From Oceanispirochaeta sp. (GTDB lineage: Bacteria > Spirochaetota > Spirochaetia > DSM-2461): 64,000 nt of DNA. This document shows positions 1-9,750 of the stretch, one piece after another. The notes beneath the pieces are model-generated. The model was not told the origin of the DNA, made no database searches, and worked only from the letters and a program-made list of their open reading frames with translations. The position numbers were made by a program, and so were the translations under genes. The stretch is from the NCBI GenBank assembly GCA_963663385.2, contig CAXXXD010000002.1, forward strand, positions 1,056,001 to 1,120,000, given 5' to 3'. The first letter of the stretch is position 1. Each line of letters starts with the position of its first letter.

Positions 1-1064
1 GATTCCTGCAGGCTCTTCTGGGCATTGAAACGCAGCATGTGATCCATCAGGACCAGAGCTGCCATGGATTCCATTACAGGAATAATCCTGGGGCAGATAA
101 TCGGGTCATGCCGGCCTTCGGTTTTTATCTCTGTCTCCTTTCCTTTTAGATCAACCGTATATTGAAGGGCCGATATGGAGGCTGTCGGTTTCACAGCTGC
201 CCGGAATAAAATTTCCTGGCCTGTTGAAATCCCGCCGGTGATGCCTCCGGCATGGTTGCTTACAAAACCGTCGGCGTTCATGGGGTCATTATGTTCAGAT
301 CCCTTCATATCCGCACAGGCGAATCCATCGCCCACTTCAAAACCCTTTACTGCGCCTATGGAGAGGATCCCTTTGCCCAGGTCCGCTTCCAGTTTATCAA
401 AAACAGGCTCTCCCCATCCGGCAGGCACGCCGCTGATACGGCATTCGATTATGCCACCGGCGCTGTCTCCCTGCTCAATCAGTTTTTCGACAACCTTTGT
501 CATGGCTATTGCCGCATCAGGATCGCAGGCACGCATAGGATTGGACTCAATCTGTTCCGGTACATACTTTTTACACCGTATACCCGCCGCTGCCAGTGTA
601 TAGGCCTGTATGGTAATACCCTGTTCCTTCAGAATTTTTTTTGCCAGAGCGCCGGCTGCCACCCGACCTGCCGTTTCCCGGCCGGAGGCTCGTCCGCTCC
701 CGCGCCAGTCCCGTATTCCATACTTCTGCTGATAGGTATAATCCGCGTGTCCGGGACGGTATTTATCATTGACACTGTTATAATCGCTTGAGATGGTATT
801 GGTGTTGTGAAGCATCATCATGATGGGAACCCCTGTGGTTTTCCCTTCAAAAACCCCGCTCATTATGGTAACCCTGTCGCTCTCCTTCCGGGGGGTTGTC
901 ATGTCTGACTGTCCCGGTTTGCGGCGGTCCATTTCCGGCTGAATATCCTCTTCGCTCAGGGGGATCCCCGAGGGGACTCCATCTATGATGACTCCTACTC
1001 CGGGGCCATGGGATTCGCCGAATGTGGTAATTCTGAATGCTGTCCCGAATGTGTTTCCTGCCAT
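1..1064 (-). CDS. aroC: Chorismate synthase (3' end runs off window)
   Basis: Manual translation from ATG 1064: [20 protein letters not shown]..., C-terminal part ...[26 protein letters not shown]; adjacent to shikimate kinase; not in ORF track because it is open at the edge. Confidence 0.95.
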   Translation of the reverse strand, partial: MAGNTFGTAFRITTFGESHGPGVGVIIDGVPSGIPLSEEDIQPEMDRRKPGQSDMTTPRKESDRVTIMSGVFEGKTTGVPIMMMLHNTNTISSDYNSVNDKYRPGHADYTYQQKYGIRDWRGSGRASGRETAGRVAAGALAKKILKEQGITIQAYTLAAAGIRCKKYVPEQIESNPMRACDPDAAIAMTKVVEKLIEQGDSAGGIIECRISGVPAGWGEPVFDKLEADLGKGILSIGAVKGFEVGDGFACADMKGSEHNDPMNADGFVSNHAGGITGGISTGQEILFRAAVKPTASISALQYTVDLKGKETEIKTEGRHDPIICPRIIPVMESMAALVLMDHMLRFNAQKSLQE

Positions 1065-1065
1065 A

Positions 1066-1620
1066 TTAATCTCCTGTTTCAACAAAAGTCCGGGTATAGT
1101 TCCGGATCTCCCTGTCCAGTTTGTGGACTGCTTCCTCCAGGGATAATCCCCTGCAGGAAATGATTATATTACAGTACCGCCTGATTGTGGCGCTTCTGAT
1201 CTCATACATTTCATGAAAAGTTTCACGAGGATTATCCGTTTCAAGAAAGGGAGGAAGCCCCTTCCGGAGGATTCTTTCATAAAGAACATCCTCATCGTCC
1301 TCTATCCCGCAGAGGATAACCGAAGCCTTTTCCAGCAAGGATCTTGCTTCCTCATTCTCCAGGGTGGCGCCTCCAAGCGCCAGGCAGCTGAAGATGCTGT
1401 CTTCGCGGGCCAGGTAATCCTGTAAAGCCGAGACTTCCATCTCCCTGAAAGCTTTTTGACCCTTCTCCCTGTACCACTGCCGGACTGTATAACCCCGGGG
1501 GAGTTTTTCTGTAATCAGGTCATCCAGGTCTCTGAAGGAACCCCCACGGGCGTCGCACAGAAGCCTTCCCTTAGTTGTTTTTCCAGTGTGTTTTACACCG
1601 GCCAAAGCGATTCTTTGCAT
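1066..1620 (-). CDS. aroK: Shikimate kinase
   Basis: P-loop GVKHTGKT, DLD motif, GGA motif; directly upstream of aroC. Confidence 0.85.
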   Translation of the reverse strand: MQRIALAGVKHTGKTTKGRLLCDARGGSFRDLDDLITEKLPRGYTVRQWYREKGQKAFREMEVSALQDYLAREDSIFSCLALGGATLENEEARSLLEKASVILCGIEDDEDVLYERILRKGLPPFLETDNPRETFHEMYEIRSATIRRYCNIIISCRGLSLEEAVHKLDREIRNYTRTFVETGD

Positions 1621-1737
1621 AAGAGCATTTTTTCAGACCCGAAGAATTATGGCAAGCCCCTCTAAATGACTTTGGAAAAAAGCCGATATTCTTATTATAC
1701 AGGGCGGATACTATCAGCCCGGATCAAGGAGTTCAAA

Positions 1738-1932
1738 ATGAAAGCATACAAAATCAAGGGTACCAGGGAAAGAACCGAGATTCTTGAAATCCTGCGTGAG
1801 AAACCCGAAGGGTATCAGGTAAAGATTACCAGAGACAGAAGCGGATGGCTGGAAGAAAAAAACGAATTCATGACCCGTGAACTTTTTGAAACATGTCTCC
1901 GAACAAGCTATCTTACAGAAGTTGCCCGCTGA
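1738..1932 (+). CDS. Small hypothetical protein (64 aa)
   Basis: AAGGAG RBS before ATG 1738, followed by a terminator hairpin. Confidence 0.7.
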   Translation: MKAYKIKGTRERTEILEILREKPEGYQVKITRDRSGWLEEKNEFMTRELFETCLRTSYLTEVAR

Positions 1933-1970
1933 TCAGATCATTTTAAAGAAAAGTAAAATTATATAAAGTT

Positions 1971-2000
1971 TAAAAGATCCGCTGCTATGCGGATCTTTTA
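1971..2000. terminator. Intrinsic terminator hairpin, probably bidirectional
   Basis: TAAAAGATCCGC-TGCTAT-GCGGATCTTTTA. Confidence 0.75.
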
Positions 2001-2028
2001 TTTGATAGTTAGATATCCGGCTTCCCGA

Positions 2029-2092
2029 ACCCCACTCAATCTCCCCGAAGTCAATAATGATTCCCCTCCAATTGGAGGGGATAGGTGAGGTC
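2029..2092. repeat. Pyrimidine/purine-rich palindromic repeat, family A (BoxC-like)
   Basis: ACCCCACTCAATCTCCCCGAAG...CCCCTCCAATTGGAGGGGATAGGTGAGGTC; ends at the engB stop codon. Confidence 0.75.
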
Positions 2093-2703
2093 TATTCTTC
2101 AAAGCCCTCGCTGTACCAGAAGGAGAGGTGCTGTTTCAGTTCTTTAATCCCTTCTTTTTTTGTAGAAGACAGGGTCTGTATGCTCCACGGTACCGTCAGT
2201 CCTCTCAGTTTGTTATTCATATCCATCAGGGTCTTCTTTTTAATCCCGGCTTTTACTTTATCCGCTTTGCTCAGGATAAAGTGAATCTCTCTGTCTCCCC
2301 GGACAGCCAGTTCCACCATGGCTCTGTCCAGTTCTGTAAGGGGATGTCTGATATCCATCAGAAGGACAATCCCCTTCAGGCAGCGTCTGTTCAGTATGTA
2401 AAGGGTCATCTCCTGTTCCCAGCGTTTTTTCTCCCGTGGGGGGACTTTGGCATAACCGTAACCGGGCAGGTCGGCAATTCTCAGGCCCGGCTGAACTTCA
2501 AAGAGGTTTATATGCTGTGTTTTTCCCGGTTGTCCGCTGGTTTTGGCCAGACTTTTACGATTGACCAGTGCGTTAAGGGCGCTGGATTTCCCCGCATTGG
2601 AGCGGCCGGCAAAAGCAATTTCCATCCCCTCATCGGGAGGAAGGCTTTTAACGAAGGGGGCGCTTGTTGTAAAACGGGTATTATTAAAACTGATTTCTGC
2701 CAT
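2092..2703 (-). CDS. engB: Ribosome biogenesis GTP-binding protein YihA/YsxC
   Basis: GRSNAGKSS, PGKT, DLPGYG, KADK motifs. Confidence 0.95.
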   Translation of the reverse strand: MAEISFNNTRFTTSAPFVKSLPPDEGMEIAFAGRSNAGKSSALNALVNRKSLAKTSGQPGKTQHINLFEVQPGLRIADLPGYGYAKVPPREKKRWEQEMTLYILNRRCLKGIVLLMDIRHPLTELDRAMVELAVRGDREIHFILSKADKVKAGIKKKTLMDMNNKLRGLTVPWSIQTLSSTKKEGIKELKQHLSFWYSEGFEE

Positions 2704-2851
2704 AGTTTCTGTATGTTATAGATAAATCCTCATCCTTTAAAGCCCCGATCCGCTTCTGGTTGTAAAGAATCAGGCTAATTGTGAAAAAGGGGTAGTGAAA
2801 GAACTGCAAAAGTGTAGGAACTGCTTTCAAATTAGACTATTATAAAACTAT

Positions 2852-3919
2852 ATGAATACAAAGCTGATAACAGTGTTCCTGGGGTTACTTACGCTTATGG
2901 CGATGGGCGCCTGTCTGCATATCCTGCAGCCTCTCTTTCTTCCTCTTGTAATAGCCATCCTGCTCTCTTTTATTCTCTCCCCGCTGGTTAACCGTTTTAA
3001 CAGGAGAATTCCCCGGATACTGGCGGTTATTCTGGTCATTATTATTCTGATTGTCGGTCTTTATGCCATCGGCTGGTTTTTCTATACCAGTATTACCGCC
3101 TTTATTTCTGTTCTCGGTTATTATCAGGACCGTTTCAATATCATAATAAGGGAAATTATTTTCCGATATAATCTCCCGTCGGACCTTATGGAGGTCCTCC
3201 AGATTTCCAACGGCCTCCGTTCGGGAATCCTCAGCGTTTCCATATCTTTTGTCTCCTTTGCGGGGCAGCTCATTATCGTTGTATTTTTCGTGGTATTCAT
3301 GCTGCTGGAGAATCCTCTCTCCGAAAGGAAGATGAGGCTGGCCTTTAAGGGAAGGTCCGAGGACAGGCTGCGAAGGATTATAAAGAAAATCAACAGCCAG
3401 ATAACCCGCTACCTTTCGGTCAAACTGGGAATCAGCCTGGCTACGGGGCTCCTGGTGGGAACAACCCTCTACTTTATCGGACTGGATTTTTATCTGATGT
3501 GGGGCTTTCTGGCCATTCTGTTTAATTTTATACCTAATATCGGGTCAACCTTTATCATGGCCGCAACGATCCTGATGTCCTTTATACAGTTTTATCCGGA
3601 ATGGAATCCCATTCTGGCCACCTGTATTACCATGCCTGTTATCCAGATGGTTCTGGGAAACTTCCTGGATCCGAAACTTCAGGGAAATCAGCTGGATCTC
3701 AGCCCTGTGATTATTCTTGTATCCCTGGTTTTCTGGGGCTGGATATGGGGGATCGCCGGGATGTTTCTGGCCGTGCCTCTTACGGAAACAATCAAAATTA
3801 TCTGCGCCAATGTGGATGTACTCAAGCCTGTCAGCGTATTAATGAGCGCCGGCCGGGCACTGGAACCGGTTGAACCTGAAATACCGGAGAAAGAGAAGGA
3901 TACAGGAATTAATGGATAG
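2852..3919 (+). CDS. AI-2E family transporter
   Basis: Multi-TM protein with FNFIPNIG and FWGWIWGIAGMFLAVP motifs. Confidence 0.9.
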   Translation: MNTKLITVFLGLLTLMAMGACLHILQPLFLPLVIAILLSFILSPLVNRFNRRIPRILAVILVIIILIVGLYAIGWFFYTSITAFISVLGYYQDRFNIIIREIIFRYNLPSDLMEVLQISNGLRSGILSVSISFVSFAGQLIIVVFFVVFMLLENPLSERKMRLAFKGRSEDRLRRIIKKINSQITRYLSVKLGISLATGLLVGTTLYFIGLDFYLMWGFLAILFNFIPNIGSTFIMAATILMSFIQFYPEWNPILATCITMPVIQMVLGNFLDPKLQGNQLDLSPVIILVSLVFWGWIWGIAGMFLAVPLTETIKIICANVDVLKPVSVLMSAGRALEPVEPEIPEKEKDTGING

Positions 3920-3920
3920 A

Positions 3921-4295
3921 ATGAAAGCTGTCATATTTGAACCAATGAGAACATCGAAGAGATAACTGTTCCTGCCGTAAGCCGGAACCTTTTTCAGCAC
4001 AGGGTCTCTTCTGCTGAAGAGGGGAAGAGTAAACCTGCGCCGGATATCTTTCTGGAAACGGCAAAAAGGCTTGCTGTAAGGCCCGAACACTGTCCAGTGG
4101 TGGGTAAGATTACCTTTTGGTGTAGAAGCCGCCATAAGGGCAGGAATGGCCTGTGTGGCGATTCCTCAACCGATGGTGTACGATCCAAAAGGTGATCAGG
4201 CCTCAGCGGATATCTGTTTCCCCGGGGGAATGGCAGAATTCCGCTGTGATAAACTTATAGCAAAGCTTGGTAGAACTGTTCCCCTGCCTGTCTAG
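3921..4295 (+). pseudogene. Degraded HAD-family (beta-phosphoglucomutase-like) phosphatase
   Basis: Fragments in shifting frames: MKAVIF / KPAPDIFLETAKRLAVRPEHC / FGVEAAH / AGMACVAIP; large internal deletion. Confidence 0.8.
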
Positions 4296-4384
4296 CTGAA
4301 CACATTCATACCCCTTATTGGGAAGTAATTTAATTCACATTTCCTTTGCAAAGGTAGTCAAATAGAGACTTTCTCCAGATTATA

Positions 4385-4414
4385 CCCCTCCCTGTGGAGG
4401 GGAAAGGGGAGGTC
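4385..4414. repeat. Family A repeat, right arm only
   Basis: CCCCTCC-CTGT-GGAGGGG-AAAGGGGAGGTC. Confidence 0.7.
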
Positions 4415-4440
4415 TTGAAGGCCGTCAAAAAACCATTTTC

Positions 4441-5076
4441 CTACTTGGCAAATATCCCGGTATTTTCGCTGGGGACCGCCTTTTCTCCGCCTTCATAGCG
4501 TACCAGATCAAAGGGTATCTCAATAATTCCCTCATCGCCGTTTGATGCTTTGGCCGGAAGGATGATGGATGATTCAGGTGATGCTTCATCTGATACGGGG
4601 ATCAGATAAACAATAAGCCCTTTGTAAGGTTTATCAGGGCTGACCGTAAATACAGCAGGCTTCAGGGTTTTATTAATGGTTATTTCCCGGTGGAGCATCT
4701 GGTTATCAGTTTCATGGTAGGGTTCCCAATCTTTTTTCAGTTTAAAGTCATTTGAGGCTCTGTACTGATTTGATCCAATATTAATAGCCATGGTCTTCTG
4801 GGAGAAACTAACTTCCGATTCTTCTGTTTCAATTTCCAGGTCAAAAACAAAAAAGAATCGACGGGGTAGTTTTCCTGGAAAATCTATAAAGGGATTATCC
4901 TCTTTACCATAGCGGTCTATTAAAGTGTTTCTGTCCAGTAGGGTCAGTTTTATGCTGATATCCGACACATGATGCTCTACAACCTGTAGTTCTGATTGAT
5001 AATCTACGGTTTGACAAGCTGTCAGTACAAGAACTGCCAGAGCAAGTAAAAGGGTAGGGTAAGTAAACCTCTGCAT
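4441..5076 (-). CDS. Hypothetical lipoprotein
   Basis: Signal peptide with LTAC lipobox; AGGAG RBS. Confidence 0.8.
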   Translation of the reverse strand: MQRFTYPTLLLALAVLVLTACQTVDYQSELQVVEHHVSDISIKLTLLDRNTLIDRYGKEDNPFIDFPGKLPRRFFFVFDLEIETEESEVSFSQKTMAINIGSNQYRASNDFKLKKDWEPYHETDNQMLHREITINKTLKPAVFTVSPDKPYKGLIVYLIPVSDEASPESSIILPAKASNGDEGIIEIPFDLVRYEGGEKAVPSENTGIFAK

Positions 5077-5114
5077 GGTTTTACTCCTGTAATTTGAATG
5101 TAAGAGGATTATAA

Positions 5115-5147
5115 TAAAAAAACCCGTTCCTGAAAACAGGAACGGGT
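5115..5147 (-). terminator. Intrinsic terminator of the porin-like gene
   Basis: ACCCGTTCCTG-AAAA-CAGGAACGGGT with a U-tract on the minus strand. Confidence 0.85.
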
Positions 5148-5177
5148 ATATATTAAGTCAAGTTAATCTGAAATAGA

Positions 5178-6260
5178 TTAGAAAGAAGCACCAACTTTCA
5201 GGTAAACGTTACCTGATCTGTCAGCTCCGTCCATGTAACCGGCATCTTTTGCTTCGTTGTCAGATCCCAGAGTGTAACCAGCCTGGTAAGTTACATTGTC
5301 TACAACAGCTTTTGCACCAATTTCGTATCCCATGACGTCAGCCAGGTCGTCGTCGCCAGCGTCAGCAGGCATTTTGTAGGCAGCATTTACACTGAACATA
5401 TCGTTTACAGCGTAATCAACAGCAACAGCGATCCAAGTAGTTTCAGCCAGTTCAGCATCTTCGTAAGAAACAGTGTTTGTTCCGAGAGTTGCTGTCAGAG
5501 CGTCCATAACGTATTTTGCAGAAAGTCCGAAAGCAGAAACACTGTCGATGTCAGCATCTGTGCTCCATCCGCCCATTTCGTAACCAGCACCAACTGTCAG
5601 ACCGTCCATAACAGCAACTGCAGTGTTGAAACCGAGGCAGTATGCATCTTCAGCATCAGCGGGAACCATTGCAGAATAATCCCATGCAGAGTATGTGAAG
5701 TCTTTGAAGTAGTATACAGATACGTCAGCCATGTCAGCTACGTTACCGTAAGCATTTACACCAAATTTCTGATCTTCGTACATAGAAGCATCCAGAGTGA
5801 ACATATCGTTGCTCAGGCTAACTTTTGTCATGATGGAACCGGGGTTCAGTTCACCATCCAGATCGAAATCGCCGTAAGCCATATCGTTGTATTCTTTGGG
5901 GTCATGATCTTCAAGGCCGAAAGTTACAGAAACAGATACGGGAGCATCGAGGCCGAGGGCACCAGTGATGTCCTGAGTAATTTCAGCAGAGTTCATGGAA
6001 ACAGCTCTGCTACCAGAACCATCAGAAGTAACACCGTCAACATCTTCATACTCAGCTTCAAATTCAGCAGAAATAGAGGTGTAATCACCTACAGTTCCGC
6101 CAAGATCGATAACCATGTCATTAGTGTCAATAAATTCGTTGTAGTTGTCTGCATCGAATGTCCACTGGTAGTTTACTTCACCAGAAGCTGTCACTTCTGC
6201 AAAAACAGGGGCGGCCAGAATGGCCAGGACGATTGTCAGAATAACAAAGGTCTTTTTCAT
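5178..6260 (-). CDS. Porin-like outer-membrane beta-barrel protein, probably abundant
   Basis: Start MKKTF at 6260 with AGGAG RBS; Sec signal ending VFA; alternating amphipathic strands; C-terminal Phe (YLKVGASF); strongly biased codon usage. Confidence 0.75.
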   Translation of the reverse strand: MKKTFVILTIVLAILAAPVFAEVTASGEVNYQWTFDADNYNEFIDTNDMVIDLGGTVGDYTSISAEFEAEYEDVDGVTSDGSGSRAVSMNSAEITQDITGALGLDAPVSVSVTFGLEDHDPKEYNDMAYGDFDLDGELNPGSIMTKVSLSNDMFTLDASMYEDQKFGVNAYGNVADMADVSVYYFKDFTYSAWDYSAMVPADAEDAYCLGFNTAVAVMDGLTVGAGYEMGGWSTDADIDSVSAFGLSAKYVMDALTATLGTNTVSYEDAELAETTWIAVAVDYAVNDMFSVNAAYKMPADAGDDDLADVMGYEIGAKAVVDNVTYQAGYTLGSDNEAKDAGYMDGADRSGNVYLKVGASF

Positions 6261-6353
6261 ATTACTTTCACTCCTACTTGTTTTCTTACAGAACATATGT
6301 CCTGCGTAATTTATACATTTAACTCGATCTTAGGAGCCGTATTTGTTGATATT

Positions 6354-6381
6354 ATGAAGCAAATGTGAAGAATGCGTGAAG
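6354..6381 (-). promoter_or_regulatory. Putative OmpR/PhoB-family binding site (three direct repeats)
   Basis: Minus strand CTTCAC-GCATT-CTTCAC-ATTTG-CTTCAT, exact 11-nt period, upstream of the porin and next to a two-component pair. Confidence 0.6.
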
Positions 6382-6435
6382 CAATAAAAAAATAACCCAT
6401 TTCTAACAGGTATAAAGCTTGAAACAAAGGAGATT

Positions 6436-7785
6436 TTATGCAGATACGGTTGAGGAGCAGGCCAGAAGGACAATTTCAAAGCAGATCCTGTCGTTTTCAA
6501 GGTTTTCAACATGCATTTCAGCACCAAGAATTGCGGATATTCTGTGGGAAATTGTCAGGCCCAGGCCGGTTCCGCTGCGGTTCCGGCTGGTATCCGTTTT
6601 GTAGAGGGGGTCAAAAACTCTATTGATATGGTTTTCTGCAATATGGCCGCAATTGATAACACGGAATACGCCGATACCCGATTCCAGTTCAAGGGAAATC
6701 TGGATATCCGATTCTTCCGGAGAGTGCTGGATCGCGTTGCGTATTAGATGGTTGAAGGCTGTGGTCAGCAGGGAGAAGTCGCAGTTGAAGGTGAAATTCT
6801 GAAAATCCCAGACAAGGGTGATATCTTTTTCACAGGCTCTGTCCGACAGACTGCCGGCCAGATAATCCATAATGGCTATGCTGGATACGGTTTGTCTGTC
6901 CGGTTTATAGTCGGTAGCTTCTATCTTCGACAGAAATGAAAAATCCTTAACCAGAAGTTCAAGATTGCCCAGCTCTCCCAGTATGGTATCCCACCTGTCC
7001 GGGGTTATGGGCAGTATCCCGTCTCGTACAGCTATAAACTGGGACTTCAGGGCCGTTATAGGTGTTCTCAGATCATGGGCGATATTTTCATACCAGCGGA
7101 TCCGCATGTTTTCCTCGCTGATGAGATGATCCTGAAGAGAGAGGGCAGCGCTGTTAATTGTCGAAATTTCAGTTGTTACAGCCGGTATTACCTGGATATC
7201 ACGGGAGCCTTTGGAGAGATTGATAAGGTTTCTGGCTGTATTCCGCGTTTCCTTGACAAATACGCTGGCTATGCGAAAAGCCAGATAGAGTGAGAGTCCC
7301 ATGGAGAAAAGCATCCCTATAAGCGCTGTATGGATCATACGGGAGACAAAGAGTCTGTTAAAATCAAAATAACGGAAGCTGGTGGCGCGCAGGGTAAAGT
7401 ACCCTTTAATTTCCCCGTTATAAACATAGGCTTCGGCCGAATCAAAATCAGGGTCCTGGGGTTTATAATGATCCAGATTTCTGTTGACCCAGGATATCAG
7501 TAGTTCTCCACCCGGGCTGTAAATTTCTATCTGGGCTACACCTAACAGCCTTTCTCTGGCATCTGCTAAACCTCTGGCACAATTGTATGAACTGAGGTCG
7601 CCGTCCTTATTAATAATATTCAGAAGAAGAGTGTCCACGGTTACCCTGGCTTCCTGACTGATCATTTGGTTCCATCTGGTCCGGGAGCCCTGGTATCCTA
7701 TTAATAGGGAGGCGCAGACAAAAAACAGATTAAAAACAATAATGGATAGAAAAGCCGCCAGCATCCTGGCGCTCATGGATTTCAC
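6436..7785 (-). CDS. Sensor histidine kinase
   Basis: Two TM segments, H-box AHDLRTP, N-box NAIQHS, GTGLGL; GTGA overlap with the regulator stop. Confidence 0.92.
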   Translation of the reverse strand: MKSMSARMLAAFLSIIVFNLFFVCASLLIGYQGSRTRWNQMISQEARVTVDTLLLNIINKDGDLSSYNCARGLADARERLLGVAQIEIYSPGGELLISWVNRNLDHYKPQDPDFDSAEAYVYNGEIKGYFTLRATSFRYFDFNRLFVSRMIHTALIGMLFSMGLSLYLAFRIASVFVKETRNTARNLINLSKGSRDIQVIPAVTTEISTINSAALSLQDHLISEENMRIRWYENIAHDLRTPITALKSQFIAVRDGILPITPDRWDTILGELGNLELLVKDFSFLSKIEATDYKPDRQTVSSIAIMDYLAGSLSDRACEKDITLVWDFQNFTFNCDFSLLTTAFNHLIRNAIQHSPEESDIQISLELESGIGVFRVINCGHIAENHINRVFDPLYKTDTSRNRSGTGLGLTISHRISAILGAEMHVENLENDRICFEIVLLACSSTVSA

Positions 7786-8468
7786 TTGCTGTTTCCTGCA
7801 AAACGGTATCCGTAGCCGCGGACTGTTTCTATCCAGTCCGGATTCTGCAGTTTAGCCCTGAGATTTTTTATATGGGTGTCAACGGTTCTGTCGTATCCTT
7901 CAAAGGAGTACTCAAGACAGCGGTCCAGGATCTGTTCCCTGGATACAACAGCTCCTCCGTTCGATGAAAGATAGAGGAGTATTTTCCACTCGGCTGCAGT
8001 CAGTTTCAGCGGCTGATCGTTCAGGAGGGCTTTGTGAGAGTCTTCATCGGTCGTCAGAATCTGCCCGTTCAGTTCCCATCCTGTCATTTTCTTCTGGGGT
8101 ATGGAAGTGCCGGCTCTTTTCAGAACGGCTCCCACCCGCAGAACCAGTTCCTTCGGGGAAAAGGGTTTGACAATATAGTCGTCGGCCCCCACTTCGAATC
8201 CGGTAATCCGGTCTGATTCGGACTCCCTGGCTGTCATGAATATAATAGGTATGTCCGATTTCTGCCGGATCTCTTTTGCAAAAACAAAGCCGTCCCCATC
8301 GGGCAGCATGGCGTCAAGGATGAGCAGATCCGGATTACGGGTCGTCAGGGCTTCCTTTACACCTCCCAGTGCATCGAACTCATCCACTTCGTAGTCCGAT
8401 AACTTCAGGTATCCCGAAACTGCTTCTCTGATAGAGTCGTTGTCTTCAATTACAAATATTAATGCCAT
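7782..8468 (-). CDS. OmpR-family response regulator
   Basis: Receiver LILDAMLP, GADDYIVKPF; wHTH RTVDTHIKNLRAKL, TVRGYGY. Confidence 0.95.
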   Translation of the reverse strand: MALIFVIEDNDSIREAVSGYLKLSDYEVDEFDALGGVKEALTTRNPDLLILDAMLPDGDGFVFAKEIRQKSDIPIIFMTARESESDRITGFEVGADDYIVKPFSPKELVLRVGAVLKRAGTSIPQKKMTGWELNGQILTTDEDSHKALLNDQPLKLTAAEWKILLYLSSNGGAVVSREQILDRCLEYSFEGYDRTVDTHIKNLRAKLQNPDWIETVRGYGYRFAGNSK

Positions 8469-8631
8469 ATTTACTATTCTGCCGGAGATCGTTTATTTTA
8501 TCCAGTCTTTTTTGCTGATCAGAAAGAAATTTACTCATCCCCGGTATGGCCGTATCAGGACTTCTCTTTCCTTTTATAAGGGTCTGTGGTATTATCCGGA
8601 AAAAATATCACTGAATATGGGAGATTACGGG

Positions 8632-9639
8632 ATGAGCAAACAGGTCGCTCTCACCGGTATCAAGCCTACCGGAATGCCGCATCTGGGGAACTACCTCGGA
8701 GCAATCAAACCCGCCCTGGAACTGGCGGAATCCTACGAAGCCCGTTACTTTATAGCGGACTATCACTCTTTGAATACCATCAAAAATCCGGAAGAACTCC
8801 GGAATTATACATATGAGATCGCAGCCTGCTGGCTGGCCTGCGGTCTGGATCCGGAAAAAGCTTTGATCTATCGGCAGTCTGATGTTCCCGAAACCTTTGA
8901 ACTGACCACCATGATTATGGCTTTTACCTCCAAGGGGCTGATGAACAGAGCCCATGCCTACAAGGCCCAGGTTGATCAGAACAGGGAGAAGGGGAAGCCG
9001 GATGACCACAATATCAATATGGGCCTTTATACGTACCCTGTGCTGATGGCGGCGGATATACTCCTTTTCGATTCAAACTATGTCCCTGTCGGAAAGGATC
9101 AGGTTCAGCATATAGAGATGGCCGTGGATATTGCCCAGGCTGTAAACAGAAACTATAACAAAGAGCTGCTGACCCTGCCCCAGCCCTTTGTTTCCGAAAC
9201 AACCCAGATTGTTACGGGAATGGACGGACGGAAGATGAGCAAGAGCTACGATAATACGATTCCCCTGTTTATTCCCGAGAAAAAGCTGAAAAAGCTCTGT
9301 AATAAAATCGTTACCAATTCACAGACCGTGGAAGAACCTAAGGATCCTGAAAACTGCAATGTTTTTACACTGTACAAACTCTTTGCCACTGAGGAGCAGC
9401 AGGCTGCACTGGCGGCCCGCTACAGAGCCGGCGGCATGGGTTGGGGGGAAGCCAAGGCTGAACTGTTCAAGGTTCTGAATGAGCACATTTCTCCCATGCG
9501 GGAAAAGTACGACGCCTTAATGGCGGATAAATCCATAATTGACAGGATATTAAAGGATGGGTCCGTTAAAGCCCGCGCTCTGGCATCGGCCAAAATCAAG
9601 ATGATGCGGGAAGTTATGGGATTTGACCACTTGGGATAA
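8632..9639 (+). CDS. trpS: Tryptophan--tRNA ligase
   Basis: TGIKPTGMPHLGN (HIGH), VPVGKDQ, KMSKS; start placed at ATG 8632. Confidence 0.97.
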   Translation: MSKQVALTGIKPTGMPHLGNYLGAIKPALELAESYEARYFIADYHSLNTIKNPEELRNYTYEIAACWLACGLDPEKALIYRQSDVPETFELTTMIMAFTSKGLMNRAHAYKAQVDQNREKGKPDDHNINMGLYTYPVLMAADILLFDSNYVPVGKDQVQHIEMAVDIAQAVNRNYNKELLTLPQPFVSETTQIVTGMDGRKMSKSYDNTIPLFIPEKKLKKLCNKIVTNSQTVEEPKDPENCNVFTLYKLFATEEQQAALAARYRAGGMGWGEAKAELFKVLNEHISPMREKYDALMADKSIIDRILKDGSVKARALASAKIKMMREVMGFDHLG

Positions 9640-9679
9640 TTCTTAACAATTTCTTAACATAGAATAAAATCAAAGAGAG

Positions 9680-9705
9680 GGAGGTCGAAGGATCTCCTTT
9701 TTTTA
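9680..9705 (+). terminator. Intrinsic terminator after trpS
   Basis: GGAGGTC-GAAG-GATCTCC followed by a T-run. Confidence 0.65.
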
Positions 9706-9750
9706 TGTCCGGTACAGATTTTGCTTTTCCTTAAGAAAAAGGAGAAGAAC

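Noticed and set aside
175..791. Plus-strand ORFs 175-603 and 252-791
   Set aside because: Antisense to aroC
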